The notes beneath the pieces are model-generated. The model was not told the DNA's origin, searched no databases, and was given only the letters and a program-made list of their open reading frames with translations. The position numbers and the translations under genes were made by a program. Source: the human T2T-CHM13v2.0 reference genome, Homo sapiens. From it: a stretch of DNA of 64,000 nt. Within the stretch, counting starts at the first letter, position 1, and the number at the start of each line of letters is the position of its first letter. Positions 1 through 14,665 of the stretch are shown here, one piece after another. The stretch is from assembly GCF_009914755.1 (NCBI RefSeq), contig NC_060925.1; one strand, written 5' to 3'.

Positions 1-954
1 TGAACTCACTGGTTCCACCATTTACTCAATCAATACATATCTACTGGGGACCTCATAAGAGCTAGAAACTGTTGAGTGCTGAGGGTACACAGACAAGGAA
101 AAACAAACACAATCCTTGTGCTTATGGTGTTTATAAGACAAAATACTTGATCTCTCCAAGCCTCAGTTTCAAAATCAGTAAACTGAGGATAATAGGGTTG
201 ATTGTAGGAATTTAAAGAAAGGCTGCATATGCATTGTGTTTAGCATGATGTCTGAGCAAAAATAAATGTTTGATAAATGTCAGCTGCTGTTATTAGTAGT
301 AATAGTAGCTGTAGGGGTAGCAGTAAGTAGCGCAGTTCCTAGAACATCACGGGTACTCAATAAATGTTTGTTGAACAGTAAATGAATGAAACACTAATAG
401 TGTAAGCTAGGTAATATAGCTGTAGTTCCTCAGAAGAAATAAACTGATGAAGACATTATTTATTTAATCCTTAGTACTTCTGGGGTTCTAGAATACAAAG
501 AGTTTTGAGGAAATTCATATTAGTTGGCAGTCTAAAGTGGAAACAGGGTTAGAAAAAGCCAACGCAATATAAACCCTGATGCAAGAGCATTATCTATACA
601 TAAACTAGCACGTATGCAATTTTCAATGGTTATTATAGACAGTGAGTTAGAAGCAAAGGCACTTCCCTTTGGGGTGGAGTAGGTTCCAAAGGTGCCATGG
701 AAGGTTGGATTAAAATGGGCTTTAAAGTCAGTTCTGTATTTGAATTGATGGTAAAGAAAAGGCAGACAAAGTTCCAGGCAGAGGAATGAAGTGAGCCAGA
801 TGTGTAGACCTGTACCTGCCTTAACTGGTGGTCTAAGAACTGAGAGCGTTGGCTAGTATATACAGGTTGTCCAGGCAAATGGTGCTGATAGAGTAGGAAA
901 GCCTTTGGATGCCTGATTAAAGAGTATTAAATCAATCTATTCACAAACAAAAGG

Positions 955-1216
955 TCAGTGATCAAGCGGTAGATTTGCCAGCTCTGGAGCCAGATGACCT
1001 GGGTTCAAATCCTAGCTCCATCACCACTAGCTACGGGATCTTGGGCAGGTTGCTTAACCTCTCTGAATCTTGGTTTCCCCATCTGTAAAATGAAGATAAA
1101 AATAGAATCTACTTCATTAGGTTATTATGAAGATGAAGTGAGCAAATTAATTAATACATAGAAGTGCTTTGAATGGTATGTGGCACATGGTAAAGGCTAT
1201 ACTGTTGTTGTTATTG
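955..1216 (+). mobile_element. MIR SINE, near full length
   Basis: MIR core: ctggagccaga..cctgggttcaaatcctagctcc..cttgggcaggttgcttaacctctctg..ttccccatctgtaaaatg. Confidence 0.85.
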
Positions 1217-2657
1217 TTGTTTTTCAGATATTAGTACATATCCAAAGAGATTAGACTGTACTACCTAAAAAATCAGACAAGTAGCTATACTGTTTGTTCA
1301 CTTATTCTACTATTTGTTTAGCAGCACTGACTGACTGCTGTGTCTAGGCACTGGTTAATACCCAGTCTCCATCCTCAGGTTGCAAAGACACACAAGTAAT
1401 GATAATCGATGAGGAATGAGCTATAATGGACATGCTGTATTATACTGAATCAAAGGCACTATAAACTGTAATGCAAATGCTGATTGCAGAGATATTATAA
1501 TGTGAGAAAAAAATGTTAAAGTCATTGAAACACAATATATTCAAGGGGCAAAGTGGCAGAGGGGGAGAAGTTCCTAATTCTGCCTAGTGGCAGAGGCAGG
1601 AGAGGCTTTAAAGAAGACAATTTAGTTAGGCTAAGATTTGAAGGATGACTGGGAGCTTGCCAAGCTGGGGTGGGGGTGTGGGTGGGGGAAAGGGAAATGA
1701 AGCACGCATGAGTAGGCACAGGGTCATCAGGGGCTGGATGTGCTTGGGAAATAAGATCCATGGTGGACATGAGGCAGGAGAGAAAAGCAGAAGGTAAATC
1801 ATGAATAATAATAATATTAAATATTTTTTAGCCTTTATCATATGCCAGACATGGTTTAAGCACTTTAATCCTCCCATCATCGCCATGAGGCAGATACTAT
1901 GAGTGGTGCCATTTCCAGAGATGGGCACTGTGAACACTGCTGGTCAGCAGCACAGTCAGGATTTGAACCCAGATGGTCTGACCCCACAGCCCATCCACAT
2001 CTGCTCACCACAGGAGGCACTCTATCCTTCTTACCCCTGGCATGGTACTGGGTCTGACTTCTACTCAGGGACTTGTGAATGGCTGCCAAATCAGACCCAA
2101 ACACAAGACTACACCGAAACAGGACTTTAGAACCAACAGAGGCAATCCTTTTTGAATCTCTTCTGTAGACTGACTTTCTAACAACTGTCCTCTTTTAGTG
2201 ATGTAATTACTTTGGTATTTGAAAACCAGTAACAAATTAAGGGAGCTACATAATCAACTGTTACATTAATTAGTCACCCTTTGTTGAAAGGCAAACATCC
2301 TGTTAAATGTGTGAGTTAATAATGACTTCTGCCTCAATTCTCAGTTTTGCACATTTGCAAAGGCTCAACTTCAGTCTCTGATGTGCAAACCTCTTTGTCT
2401 CTCCCGATAGCTATCTGAACCAAATCCAATCATCTCCAGGCAGCCTCAAGTTCCAACAAAGGAGAGGCCTGCATTCTGGCAGAGCCATTGAAATAAAAAG
2501 AAAGCTATAGATTCAGATAAGCAATGCACACTGTGGATTACAGGCATGCTGTTTATTGATTCATCCATCCACTCATCCTTCCACCCCTCACACATTGATT
2601 GGTCTTCTACTCTACACCAGGCACTCTGCTAGGCACTGGGGGTACAGGAGTGAGAAT

Positions 2658-2932
2658 AAATAGCTGACATTCAGTAAGCACTTTCTATGTGCCAGGCATC
2701 TTTCTAGAGCTCTACCTACTTGATCTCAACAGTTCTAACTTTATGAGACAGGCAGTATGACTCTCTGAGATAGGCATTATTACTAGCAATTTATTTAGTT
2801 TACAGATGAGGACACTGAGGCATAGAGAAGTTAATTACCTACCTAAAGCCATTGAGCTAGTATGCTGGTGGAGCTGAGATTTGAATCCAGGCTGTCTGGC
2901 TCTAGAGCCTGTGCTTTAAATCCCTATGCCAC
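2658..2932 (-). mobile_element. MIR SINE
   Basis: tttacagatgaggacactgaggcatagagaagttaa..gatttgaatccaggctgtctggctctagagcc is the reverse MIR core. Confidence 0.85.
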
Positions 2933-4469
2933 ATCACCTACTATTTCAGCAAGGGCCCTTGCTCTCAATGAGCTTGCAATCTAGCGAGGCAACAGACATG
3001 TAAACAATCAAATTTCAATGCAGTGCGGTCTTTGGAGTAATAGAGCCAAGTATGGAAGTAAAGGTCCCCAGAGGGTCTTCCCTTCAGTGATGCACATTCT
3101 TCTCTCTTTCTCTGTCTCTGTCTCTGTCTCAGTCTCTCTCTCTTTCTCTGAGCCATCACAAACAATTGCCACATACATTGCTAATGGGAGAACCCAATCT
3201 ATATTCTTTCAGAAACAAAGCTCACATGATATTATGATGGCTTCAGATAAGCTTAAACTCTTCTGAAGGCTTCCAGCAACCATCCTGTGGTCATGTTTTA
3301 AGGATATTATACTGAAAGAGGCTACACTACTGTCTACATTATATTAATGCACTATAATGATTCCATTTTGTAAATAGTGTTTGGAATTGACTGACATGAT
3401 ACTAAATTTGCACTTGCATGCATAATTATTATTAAACTGAACTCACAGATTGAGCGCCAGGATTTAAAACAAACAAAAAAATCTATAATTACAGCATATG
3501 AATTTTTTCATTGCCAGTGCTTGTTTCAACTATTTTCATCGAGAAGGCTTTTATCTTCCTCTCTTTTCATTGTTTTTCTTGCTTCCAGTGGAGGCCAATG
3601 ACACAAAGTATAGGATATCATGAAGTTGCAAAGTTCAGGAGATTTTCTTTCTCCTGTTTTAAATGGAAAAAAAATGTTTTTCATCTCTTGAACAGTTCAT
3701 TTATTCATGTAAATGGATTTCCAAATGCATATCCACGTGTTTAAAGAGGCCAGAACATACTTGGGGCCTCCTGAAAACTGTCAGCTCAGTAGATTTCTGC
3801 ATCGTGCCAGGCCCAAGGAAGCTCCTATGCAAGAAGCTGAAAGTGACCAAGACAAGGAGTAAAGTCGCTTTCTCCCCAAAATGGCAGGGCCCAAACAGGA
3901 GATGAAGGTCATTGCAATTATGACTGGGTCTCAGAAACCCACACGCTCAGGCCTTTCTAGAGAAAATGGACAAAATGGGGCTATTTTTAGTTGTTCTTCA
4001 GGCTCTGGCTAACACTAAATCCCTGGGTGCTAACAGCTGGAAGCACATTATCTAGTAAATGAGATGCAATGCTAAAAGGAAAGAAAGGTCAGCTGGAGGG
4101 GGGCTGGTGAAGAAAAACCAAACACAGAGAAGTGTAGGAAGGGACAATGTTACTCTGGTGAAGGGGCAGACAGGAAGATCCTCCAACTCCTTACACGTCA
4201 CTGCAGATGTGTTCTCCTCAGGTGCCAACACCGGACAAGTCAGTGCAGCAGCAGCAGACTTAGGCCCAGATCTCCCAGGCTGGGCTAGATCTCACTGACT
4301 GGCTGTTCTTCAACACTAAGCAAGACACTTAACCTCTCTGAGCTCTGGTTTTCTCATTTTAAAAACACGACTAATCATCTACTGTGGACGTGACGTTTAA
4401 ATGAGATCACCCTTTGCAAAGTACCTAGAGCAGATCCCGGGAGTACAGTAGTTATGTGTACTAGGAGTG

Positions 4470-5010
4470 TGGGGAAAGGAGGAGTCAGAGGACTTTTGAG
4501 AAGCCCAGGCACGCTGGGGAGGAGAGAGTAGGGAGGCGACACAGGGAAGCAGACAGGTGCTTGGCCCCCCAGCACCCTGTAGGCCACATCAAGTACTTTG
4601 ATCTTAGCCTAAGAGCAAATGAAGCCACCAAAAAGCTTTAAGTGGAAGAGAATCATGAACATGCTCCATGTATATTTTAAAAGGATTGCTTGTGGCTTGG
4701 TTCTGCAGAATGGGTTGAAATGGGGACTGAAGGACTAAGCGGGGAACCCAGGTAGGGGACCCCTATGTCAGTGCAGGGGAGTGATGTTGGGAGGCTGGGT
4801 GACAATGACCGCAGCTGACACAAGGAAAGGTAGGTACATCTGAGAGAGAGGTATGGCAGATTTATCATGAGTAGGTGAGGAGATCAAGGGTCTGTCTGTG
4901 CAAACTAGAAGGACAGTACTGCCAGAGACATGGGGCCCTGGAGGGTCCTGGGCCTCTCCCTCTACATGACAGTGGTAGGTTATGGGGGTGAGAAGGCAAG
5001 AACATCCTGA
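4470..5010 (-). mobile_element. L2 LINE fragment (one of many degraded L2/MIR fragments across the window, most not listed individually)
   Basis: L2-like motifs gaagccaccaaaagctttaagtggaagagaatcatg..ttttaaaaggattgcttgtggct; boundaries approximate. Confidence 0.6.
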
Positions 5011-7935
5011 ATACACATTCTGCAGTCTGCAGACTGGTACTGGTCTACACACTGTTTCTGATCTGTAACAAGAGACATACGAAAACCATAGTTTAGAAAC
5101 CTCTATGGTGGTTGTGCTGCAACATCCAAGTGTGTTCTCAATTAATCCTGCCTCACTGAACAGGACATAGATGAGCTTGGTCACTCACAGGGTAGGTCAC
5201 AAGTGGCCCAAAGCAGGCACTGTAGGACCACGTCTTGGTTGATGATGAATTGGAAAAAAAAAAACTAGTCCTTCACCACAGATAGTTTAAAAAGGAATAT
5301 TTTTATAATCTGCACCAGTCAATTTAAAAATTTCAATTAACTTTTGCTGATTTTTAATAGTAAAGTAGGTTGACATTTAGAAAAGGTGTGCTGGGAATTA
5401 GGGCAGGGAGGGCTTAAATCGACTTAAGTCATGACCTGTTATTTTAATCTATGCCCTATGGTTGGGAAAGCTGTATATTTCAGGGAGACTGTGTATTTCA
5501 GGCTGGAACTTTATGGGGAATGATGTGAGGAGAACTGAGTGAACGTGTTGCCCATCTAGTGTACTCACAAGATGGGGCTGATGACAGCTGCCCCAAAACA
5601 ACCTGGACTTCATGGCATTCGGTTGAGAGAGAGGTTAGGAAATGACAGGAGGAGAGTCTTGAGATGATGAGACCATGAATATATGAACTGTAGAAGAAGT
5701 TGGGTGGGGGCTGGGGAGTGAGTGGGCAGTCTGGGACAGTCATAACTAGAGTCTGAATTCTGCCAAGATTTGGGAGCTGGGACTTTGGGATGCCAGCTCA
5801 GAGAGAAGGTGGGGCCCCCCTTCCAGTCCTAGGCTGCTTCACTACCTGCCTGAGTAATATCTGCCCTTGAATTCTAAGCCTTTTTCCCAGGGCTGTCTCT
5901 AGGTTAAGTACCCTTGCAGTAAACTCCAACATTTGTACACAAATGAAAATGATCACAGCCATGCACAGATGAAGGAAAAACAGGGGTGAGGGTAGGAGAG
6001 GCCAGCAGGTAAGATCTTCAACTGACTCATCAGTTTGGTTTTTGGCCATCAACAGATTTGGGGTCTTTGTAGGCAAATCTGGATATTTTACAAATTCTTT
6101 TCCTTCCATCTAGTAAACAGCAAACACCCTAATTAATGCAAAATACCTCTATGGCAAGAACACACTGGGATTGGGGGTGGGGTGGTGTGAATTAATTGGA
6201 CCCTGGAGCAAATGAAAAAAAAATGCATTTTTCAAAAAAGCAAACCTCAAAGAGCCCAGAAGAGAAAAAGCCCTTTCAAGCGCTTCCCAGTGTGTGGTGT
6301 GTGTGTGTGTCTGTGTGTGTGTGTATTTTCCATCCCCCTGTTGTTTGCTGCTCCAAGGAAAGGTGGGAGCAGCCGCAGTCGCCCTTAGTAGGTGCCTGTC
6401 ACATTGTGTTATTACAATTCTGTATTTCAATTAAAGCAATGTAGCCAATTTAAAAGTTCTACCGTGAGCCATTCACGATGCAGAGATCTAAGGATTCAAC
6501 TCACACATTTTAATACCCCACTTTTTTCCCTTCTTCTCATTTTCATGTAAATCAGGTTGAACACTGTCTTTTTTCTTCTTCCTCTAATCTAACCCTCAAA
6601 ATATAATGCCAATTAAACAGTCTGCAAAGACAGCCTCCAGAACCCAGCATGATTTTGCTATGCCACTTTGATTTTCCTTAACGTTTTCTTCTTTTATTTC
6701 CTTTTCCTTTTTTATTTTCACGTTCTAATTTTATGAATGATGTGGTTTCCTTTTAGGGCATACATGGGGTTTGGAGGAAAGTGGACCTGGATCCTATCAC
6801 TGATGGTCCTTTCTGACTGACTGTGGGAAACAGCATGAACCTGGAGCTGGGGGCCCTGAGTCTGAATCCAGGCTTGGATGCTTCCTGTCTTGGGTGAGGC
6901 CAAGCAGATCTCTTAACCTCTGTAAGCCTCGGGATCCCGATCTGTCAAATGCAAAGACTAAAACCTACTTTGCTGGATTGTCATGTCTTGTGAGGCCCCT
7001 AGCAGGTGCTCAGTTCCTAGTAGTTTCTCTCCCTTTCTCTTAGGCAACGATAATCACATCGGGTTAACCTTTTCTGAAACAGAAACGAGATCTTAAATGG
7101 CACATAGAGCTCCTGCTATTTTATTTGATGTTTCAAAATCTTTCCTCCTGTTCATTTATCCCCCTAACACCCCCCCCCCATCAGTATTATCTCTGCATTG
7201 AATGTTTGGGGGGAATTTTCAGTTCCTTTAATCTCAACAAGACACAGGCTCATTAAGTCCATCTCTACACAGCGGGTGGAAGGAGCGGGTGTTCTGTTTG
7301 CCCAATTTAAATGCTTCATCACAGATTTTAGGTCATTTCCCAAGTTTGGCGGGGTGCACAGCTCTTTTATAAACAACAAGCATAACCCATCTTTGATGTA
7401 TGTGGGTCTGGATCAGTCCCAAAGGGATCCAGTTGATGGGGTGGAGCTTGCTTCCTTTCTGTTTCTTGTCTAGGGAGGCCCATGTAGAACTGGAAATCAT
7501 ACAAATTTGAATCTTCACTCATATATCACAAGGCCTTCAAAGATTATGAAAATGCTTGAGAAATAAAGTGGTTTCCCTTTGATCCAACCGTAGGAAAAGG
7601 TACAGCTATTTAAAGACACAACATTGATGAAGTAATAAAGGAATAGTATTCACTCATTCTTCATGTCCCGGGCCCTTTCTGTATCTTAAACTTGATGGAA
7701 AGTAAGATAAATCATACCCTGTGCTTGCCCTCAAGACTCACAGATTGATAGAGGGAGAGATCCAGCTAAATAAACACATTATAAAAAAATAAAAACAGAT
7801 ACAAAGTAGGAGATAGCACAGATGAAGCAATAGCTACATCTATTGGGGTCTCAGGGAAAGTTCTATCTACAGATAGGTGGTCAGGTTATCATGAGGCTGG
7901 AAACAACTTCAGGCATCATTGTGTTGATATCTCTA

Positions 7936-8316
<381 letters not shown>

Positions 8317-11139
8317 TCAAGCATCTCAACATAATATAGAGTGCTGCCTATTATATGCTGGACCTTGTGATAGGTTTTAGGGGAACATAGAGAACCAGCA
8401 CTCAAGGAGCTCTAGAATTAAAGAGGAGGAGCCACAGGGATACCCCCACCCAGAACACAGTGTGATACGTGCTGTCCTGCAGGAACAACTGTGGAAAAAA
8501 GCTTGGATCAGTCCAGACCAGAACTGAGGACCAACAGCCCATGGAATATAAATTTTAAAGCCTGAAGGACCTTAGAAATGAGTAAATGTAGGTCCAGAAA
8601 GCTGAAGGATTCTTTCTGTGCTGGCTCACAATTTGAACTTACAAGATTCCTTTGTAAGAACACTAAAGTATATAGTCCTACTGCTTGAATGAAACCAGAA
8701 AGAAGCAGGAGCAGCCCAGGTTTGGGTCTAGACAGTCTTGGTTTGGAAGACAACCTCTGCTTCTTCCCAAGCTTTGTGACCCTGGACAAGGCAACTGAGC
8801 CTTGTGCATTTCTGTTTCATCTCTAAATAGGGATAATGATGCCTAACTCAACAGAGTGTGTGGGAGGACTAAATGAAATAATAGATGCATCATTCCTGGC
8901 ACTTGGTAGATGGTCTTGCATCCCATCTCATTTCTTCCCTGAGGCCCTGCTATTCAGTTTCAGCTTTGGTTATGTCTTTTTTCCTGTATCTTTCTGAATT
9001 CATATGTGTGGTCCTTGTAAAGAATGACTTTCTGACAGCCTCTCCAATCAAGGCTGTAGGGTAAAAACGCAAAATATCCCAGCACAATATATTATCCCCA
9101 AATGAGCCTATTAGCAGCCTCAGAGCAAATTGCTCCAAGGACTCACTGAGAGACATATTTGTTAAATTCGGTAAGGAGAAATGACTAATCCAAATGAATT
9201 CTTATAAGTCAATCTCACATCCCAGAAACGTTTCATTACTAGTTTTCATTACCAGATTACTGGCCTTATCTACCTGCACTCAGCTGTTTGGAACACGTTT
9301 TCTCTGCTCCATGCAGCAGTTCCTTCTCACCCTAGGATGTTACCCTGCACGTCACTATCCTGAACCTCTAACCAGGCTAGCTTCTTCCTACTCATCCTCA
9401 CAGTACTGTTCTCTACATTTCCCACCATTCATTACTCTTTTAGCTATTTATTATTGTCCTATCTCCTTCATTAAAATGTAAGCTCCTTGAGGCAGGGCAT
9501 CGTCTTGCTTAAGACAACCTTCTCAATGTTTAGCCCAGTACTTAGCCCAGAATATGAATATGAACTCCCTAAGTCCAGTATGAGGGTCAAGAGAGTGGAC
9601 TGTGGAGTGAGATTGCTTGGTCCTGACTCTTGGCTTCACCAGCTGCTAGCTGGGTGAAGTAGGGTAAGCTGTTGAAACTCCTACAGTGAGTATCTCCAAC
9701 CGGAAAGGACAAATGATAATAGTACCTTCTGCAATGTGTTTCTAGGAAGACTAAATACAATGAGTCATGTCTGGCTTCAGGACACTGGCTGCCACATCCC
9801 CACTCCTGCCACCTGACTGGTCACTGTCATGCCAGGTTGCACCAAGGCTGGTATTGAGAACCACATGAGATGTGTCTCAGTTCATCTTTGATGTACTGTC
9901 ACTTTGAATACCGTCCCTAGCTAACTCTGAGTTTTTGGCTTAGTAACTGGGACTTCCATCCTGCTATGGCCATTTGGACTTGGTGTCTGTATTTGGCATA
10001 TGAATTTGGATCTTTCTGATGGACTGAAATTTGTCTTCTGCTCTGGCTTTCTCCCACTGCTTCTAGGGGGCCTCTTTGGAGAAGCAGGTACCCAGCAAGC
10101 CCCAGACCTCTCATTCTGAGGACCAGCAGCCAGGGGCAACTCACCTCTGAACCCTGATCCTGACTTTGTCCTCTTCTCCTCTAGTTCATGTTGGGGTTCT
10201 AGCATGCTTGTGTCTGGCACCCAATTTATGACATGAGTTTCCAAGAAACTCCCTTAGTTTATTCATGCTTGTTAAGGAAAGTGCTTCGTTTTGAACACCC
10301 AGCAGAATCTTTTAGTGACCTCTTGATTTGACTCTCTGGAAAACAAACATGGCTCTCTTCCAGAAAAGCTGGGCTGTCCCAAATAGTCTGGTATGGATGG
10401 AACTTGGAGTATGAATTTAAAAAAATAAGAGAAGCAGCTTTGCAATGTGGGAATTCAAAGTATGGTGTAGTAGCTTTGCTTTTTCCTCAACACTGCAATT
10501 ATTATTACCACAATTTTATGAATATAGTTTGTAAATGCTAGCTAATATTTTGAGCAGTTATCATGTGCCAGCTCTTATGCTCAGTGATCCAGATGCATTG
10601 CTCACCCAACCCTCCTCACAGCAACCCTATGAGGGAGGCACTATTATTTTTCTCTTATTCCTGATGAGAATAGGAAAACATACCCGGCACATAGTAGGAG
10701 TTCCTAAATATTTGTCGAATGATTGCATGAATCTTAGACCATTAAATGATTTCTAAACTCAATCTGTTGTGCTTCTGAAATCAATAGCCCCAGGTGTCAT
10801 TTGAATGCTCATAAGCCTTTAAATCATGGCTAGATCAATGCATGTTACCTCCCAGGGAAGCAGAAATTTACCACTTTCCTCCCTTGACAGGCCACGGGGA
10901 CAGGACAAGGCCTGAGATTACAAAAGGGGCTTTGTGACACAGGAGACATAACGAGATCAACCTTGAGAGTAGTTTGCACATGAACACTTTATGTTAATGG
11001 GCTATAAGTAAAGTGGCTACATGTGTCTGTTCATTTATCACATGCTTATAGAGCATCTGTTCTGTCCAAGGGTCTGCTCTCTGCTAGGAATAAAAACATG
11101 AGCGAGACCAGTCTCTGCCACCATTTACAAACAAAAACT

Positions 11140-12300
11140 AGGCCACATGTTCAAGAGAAGTGAGTGTTCTAATGGTACAAAATATTCTCAATTCAGGCTC
11201 ATCTTGGAGAACTGGAGCCCTGCTACCTTCAGAGCTGGCTGTACCCTGCTTCCATGTTCAATGCTGTTCTGCAAGCAACCGGACACTGTTTTCAGATCTG
11301 CCATGAATGGGGTTTGTCACTTTTGGCTCAACTCTTTAACATCTGTTGGCCTCAGTTTCCTTTTGTTTACATTAAGAAGGTAAATTCATTCAGTGACAAC
11401 AAGGTTCCTTTCAGCTCTGAAATTCTATAATGTTGCAGTGGTTACATCTATTAAAAACAATTCGTTGATTCACTCAACGTATTTAGTGAACATTACTTAT
11501 ATTCCAGGAACTGGGCCAGATAATCCAGATATAAATGTTGATGATACACAGTTCCTGCTCTCAAACCCTCAGCCTAATGAAGGAGAGTAAACAATCTTTC
11601 GTGAGGCACACAGTAACCATTATTACAGCAATCATTTACATCTATTGACTCCTTGCTATAAACTCAGTACTTCATGGGTGTTATTTCATTTTCACCTTAG
11701 AATAACCCTATGCTACAGGCACTATAGCTATGCCCACTCACAGATGACAAAACTGAGATCTAAAGAGATGGAGCAACTTGCCTGAAATCACGCATCAGAA
11801 AGTTAAGACTCAAACCCAGATCCTGCCTAACTCCAGCCTTGATATTTATATATCAAGGCTTATATAAACAGAAATATATATAATATATATTATTGAATAA
11901 ACAGAAATACATATAGTACAGAGAAGAATATGCTTAGAATAACAAAAGAGTGCAGATAAAGGGAGTGAGGGAAAGAAGATGAATTCTTTGGGCCGTAACC
12001 AGGGTAGGTCTCCAGGAGAGGAGCCGTTTGAGCCAGACCTGAAGGATGGGTGGGCCTTGGATGGCGGATATGGGAAGAAATGGAATTGTCCAGCAGAGGA
12101 AGGAAAGGTTGACACACCCATACCCTGAGCCCCTCTCCAGCCCTCACAGGCCACGTGTTCAAGAGAAGTGAGTGTTCTAATGGAACAAAATATTCTAAAT
12201 TCAGGCTCATCTTGGAAATTCAGAGCCTGTTACTCTTAGAGCCGGCTGTAACCTACTTCTATGTACTACTGTTCAGACACTGTTTTCAGATCTGTCATGA
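11140..12300 (+). repeat. Dispersed direct repeat pair (~150-165 bp): 11140-11306 and 12148-12300
   Basis: First 69 bp match at 66/69; the remainder aligns with indels and ends in gacactgttttcagatctg(c/t)catga. Confidence 0.92.
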
Positions 12301-14344
12301 CACAGTCCAGACAACACAGCCATTGTTACAACATCAGGGCTGGGGCACACCCTCCAGCCAGGAAAGGAACTCTTGTTTTATCTACACCAATTTCTGCCTG
12401 TGTGTACAAGCACCTGCTAGCACTGGTCCACCTGCAACACCCTTCCCTCTAATTTTTTCATTCATGTCTTCTTCTAGAATTCAACTCTCAGCTTAAGTGT
12501 CCCCTTATCAGAGACACCATCCCTGTCCCATCCCATCTAATTTTGCTATCCCTCCCAGTCACTCCCTATCACATTACCCCGAATTTTTAAAAACTACACA
12601 GTACTTATCACTATCTGAAATTATTTTATTTACATGGTTATTGCCTGACTCTTCCAATAAAATAGAAAGTAATAAGGGTCATGACTTTGCCTGTCTTATT
12701 CACTCAGTGCTGAATCCTTAGTGCTTATTATAGGTGATCAATACATAGTTGCTGTATAGATAAATGACTAAATAATCTCTGCCCCAAGTCTAGGATGCAT
12801 TTGTAGTGAGGTCGGGTTAGGTGTTCAGGAGTCAAGAACTTAAATTTTGCTCTAGGCTCTAAATGCCCTACATGTATAACTTCTACCTTTGAAACCTCAG
12901 TTTCAATGTCTGCCAAATAAGAATAATGATATTCCCATTAAACACTATGGATTATTAAAAGTATCTAACACATAAAAGTCCGTGATGTCCTTATGACATT
13001 CTTGCTGTCATATTTTCTTTTACTCTAGGGTTTAGAGAAAAAGAAACAAACATGGAAAGAAAATGACCTGTTTTATTTCAGCATTCCTTTATGTCTGTCT
13101 AGAAGTTTGCTTCCAGCTAGGAGACTAAGAGCATAGAATAGCTGCAAGGCCCTGTGTTCAGACTGACAGCCAAAGACATACTTCAGAGTAAGTGCTGCAG
13201 TTACTCCCACTGTGAATCTCCAGGCTAGGCCTTCCTGAGTCAGTGCATGCAGGGAAGCTTATTGTGGTCTCTGTCAATTTCCACAATGGTCTTCTGTTCC
13301 AGCCCAGCAGGTGAATCATCACCAAGATGGGGCAGTCCAATTCCTGACCTAGCGGGCCCTTATGCTGTCTTCTACGTGAGAAATTCATCTGGATTTTCAA
13401 AGAGTAACTATGAATGAAGCTGCCAAGCCCAGGTAGAGAGCAAGCTGAAAATGTCTCTTTCAACTAGGAGGCCAATGTGTTTTTCTCCAGTTTCCTGTAA
13501 ACTCAAGGGGCCAGTCATAACATAGGCTACCCATGAGTAACAATTCCTTTGCACATGAGCTTTCAGGTCAGCTATACACCAAATGTTTTATAACTAATAA
13601 ATATCACCCAAAGAAGCTCAATTTGATTAATGTAAGAAGATGTACAAACGAATCAATTTTTTTGTTCATTCACTCATTTGTTCATTCAGATAATTGGCAA
13701 ATGCTAATTCAGCCCTAATAATGGGCCAGGTGGCATACTAGACAGTAGGGGGTACAAAGATGAAAAGAAACAGTTTCCAAGCCTAAGAAAACCACGTTTT
13801 AGAAATGATGACAAATATACATTCAATCAATTACAATACAATTCTAAGTGAATATTGGAGACAGAAACATGAAGGACTAACAAAATTAAATAGAATGGCA
13901 ACAGTGGCAAACACAGGCAAGAGGAACATACCACTGTGGGGGTAAGGGGAGGAAAAAGGGGGTGAACAGACTCACTCACTGAAGGGCACTGAGGTTAGAT
14001 GACAGTTTTTAGAGCTGAGCCACAGGCTCTGAGAATGGCCTGTTTCATAACCCAGCTCTGTCACTTACCACCTGAGTGGGTTCAGCAAGTCACTTAACCA
14101 TTCCATGTCTTGTTTTTCACATTTGTCAATTAAATGCTAAATAAAAATTGGTCATTATTGTTACTGATAGGCTACCCCACTAATCCTTTTAGAAATCCTA
14201 TAAAATAGGTATTATTATCTCCATTTTATAGGTGAGGAATTTGAGGCTATTTAAGGACTTGGCTACTATTATTAACTCTATTTCTCAGATGGGGAAATTG
14301 AGGTACAAAGACCTTAAGTAATTTTAGCTTTTAAAATTCTAGAT

Positions 14345-14665
14345 TAGGGGTTGGCAGACTTTTTCTGCAAAGGACCAGACAATAAATTTCTTCTGCTTTG
14401 TGGACCATACTGCTTCTGTGGCAACAACTCAATGCTGCCTTTATAGTGCAAAAGCAGCCATAGGTAATATGTAAACAGATGAGTGTGATTGTATTGCCAT
14501 GAAATTTTATTTATGGACATTGAAATTTGAACTTCATATAATTTTTGCATAATGTGAAATGTTTTCATTTTGATTTTTTCAACCATTAAAAAATGTACGC
14601 TTGCAATCAAAAACCGGTGGTATGCTAGATTTGGCCTATAAGCCATTGTAGTTTTGTCAACTCTG
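14345..14665 (+). mobile_element. hAT-Charlie DNA transposon, MER58B-like
   Basis: Termini taggggttggcagact...gttttgtcaactctg, MER58-type interior, flanked by TCTAGA-core target sites. Confidence 0.85.
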
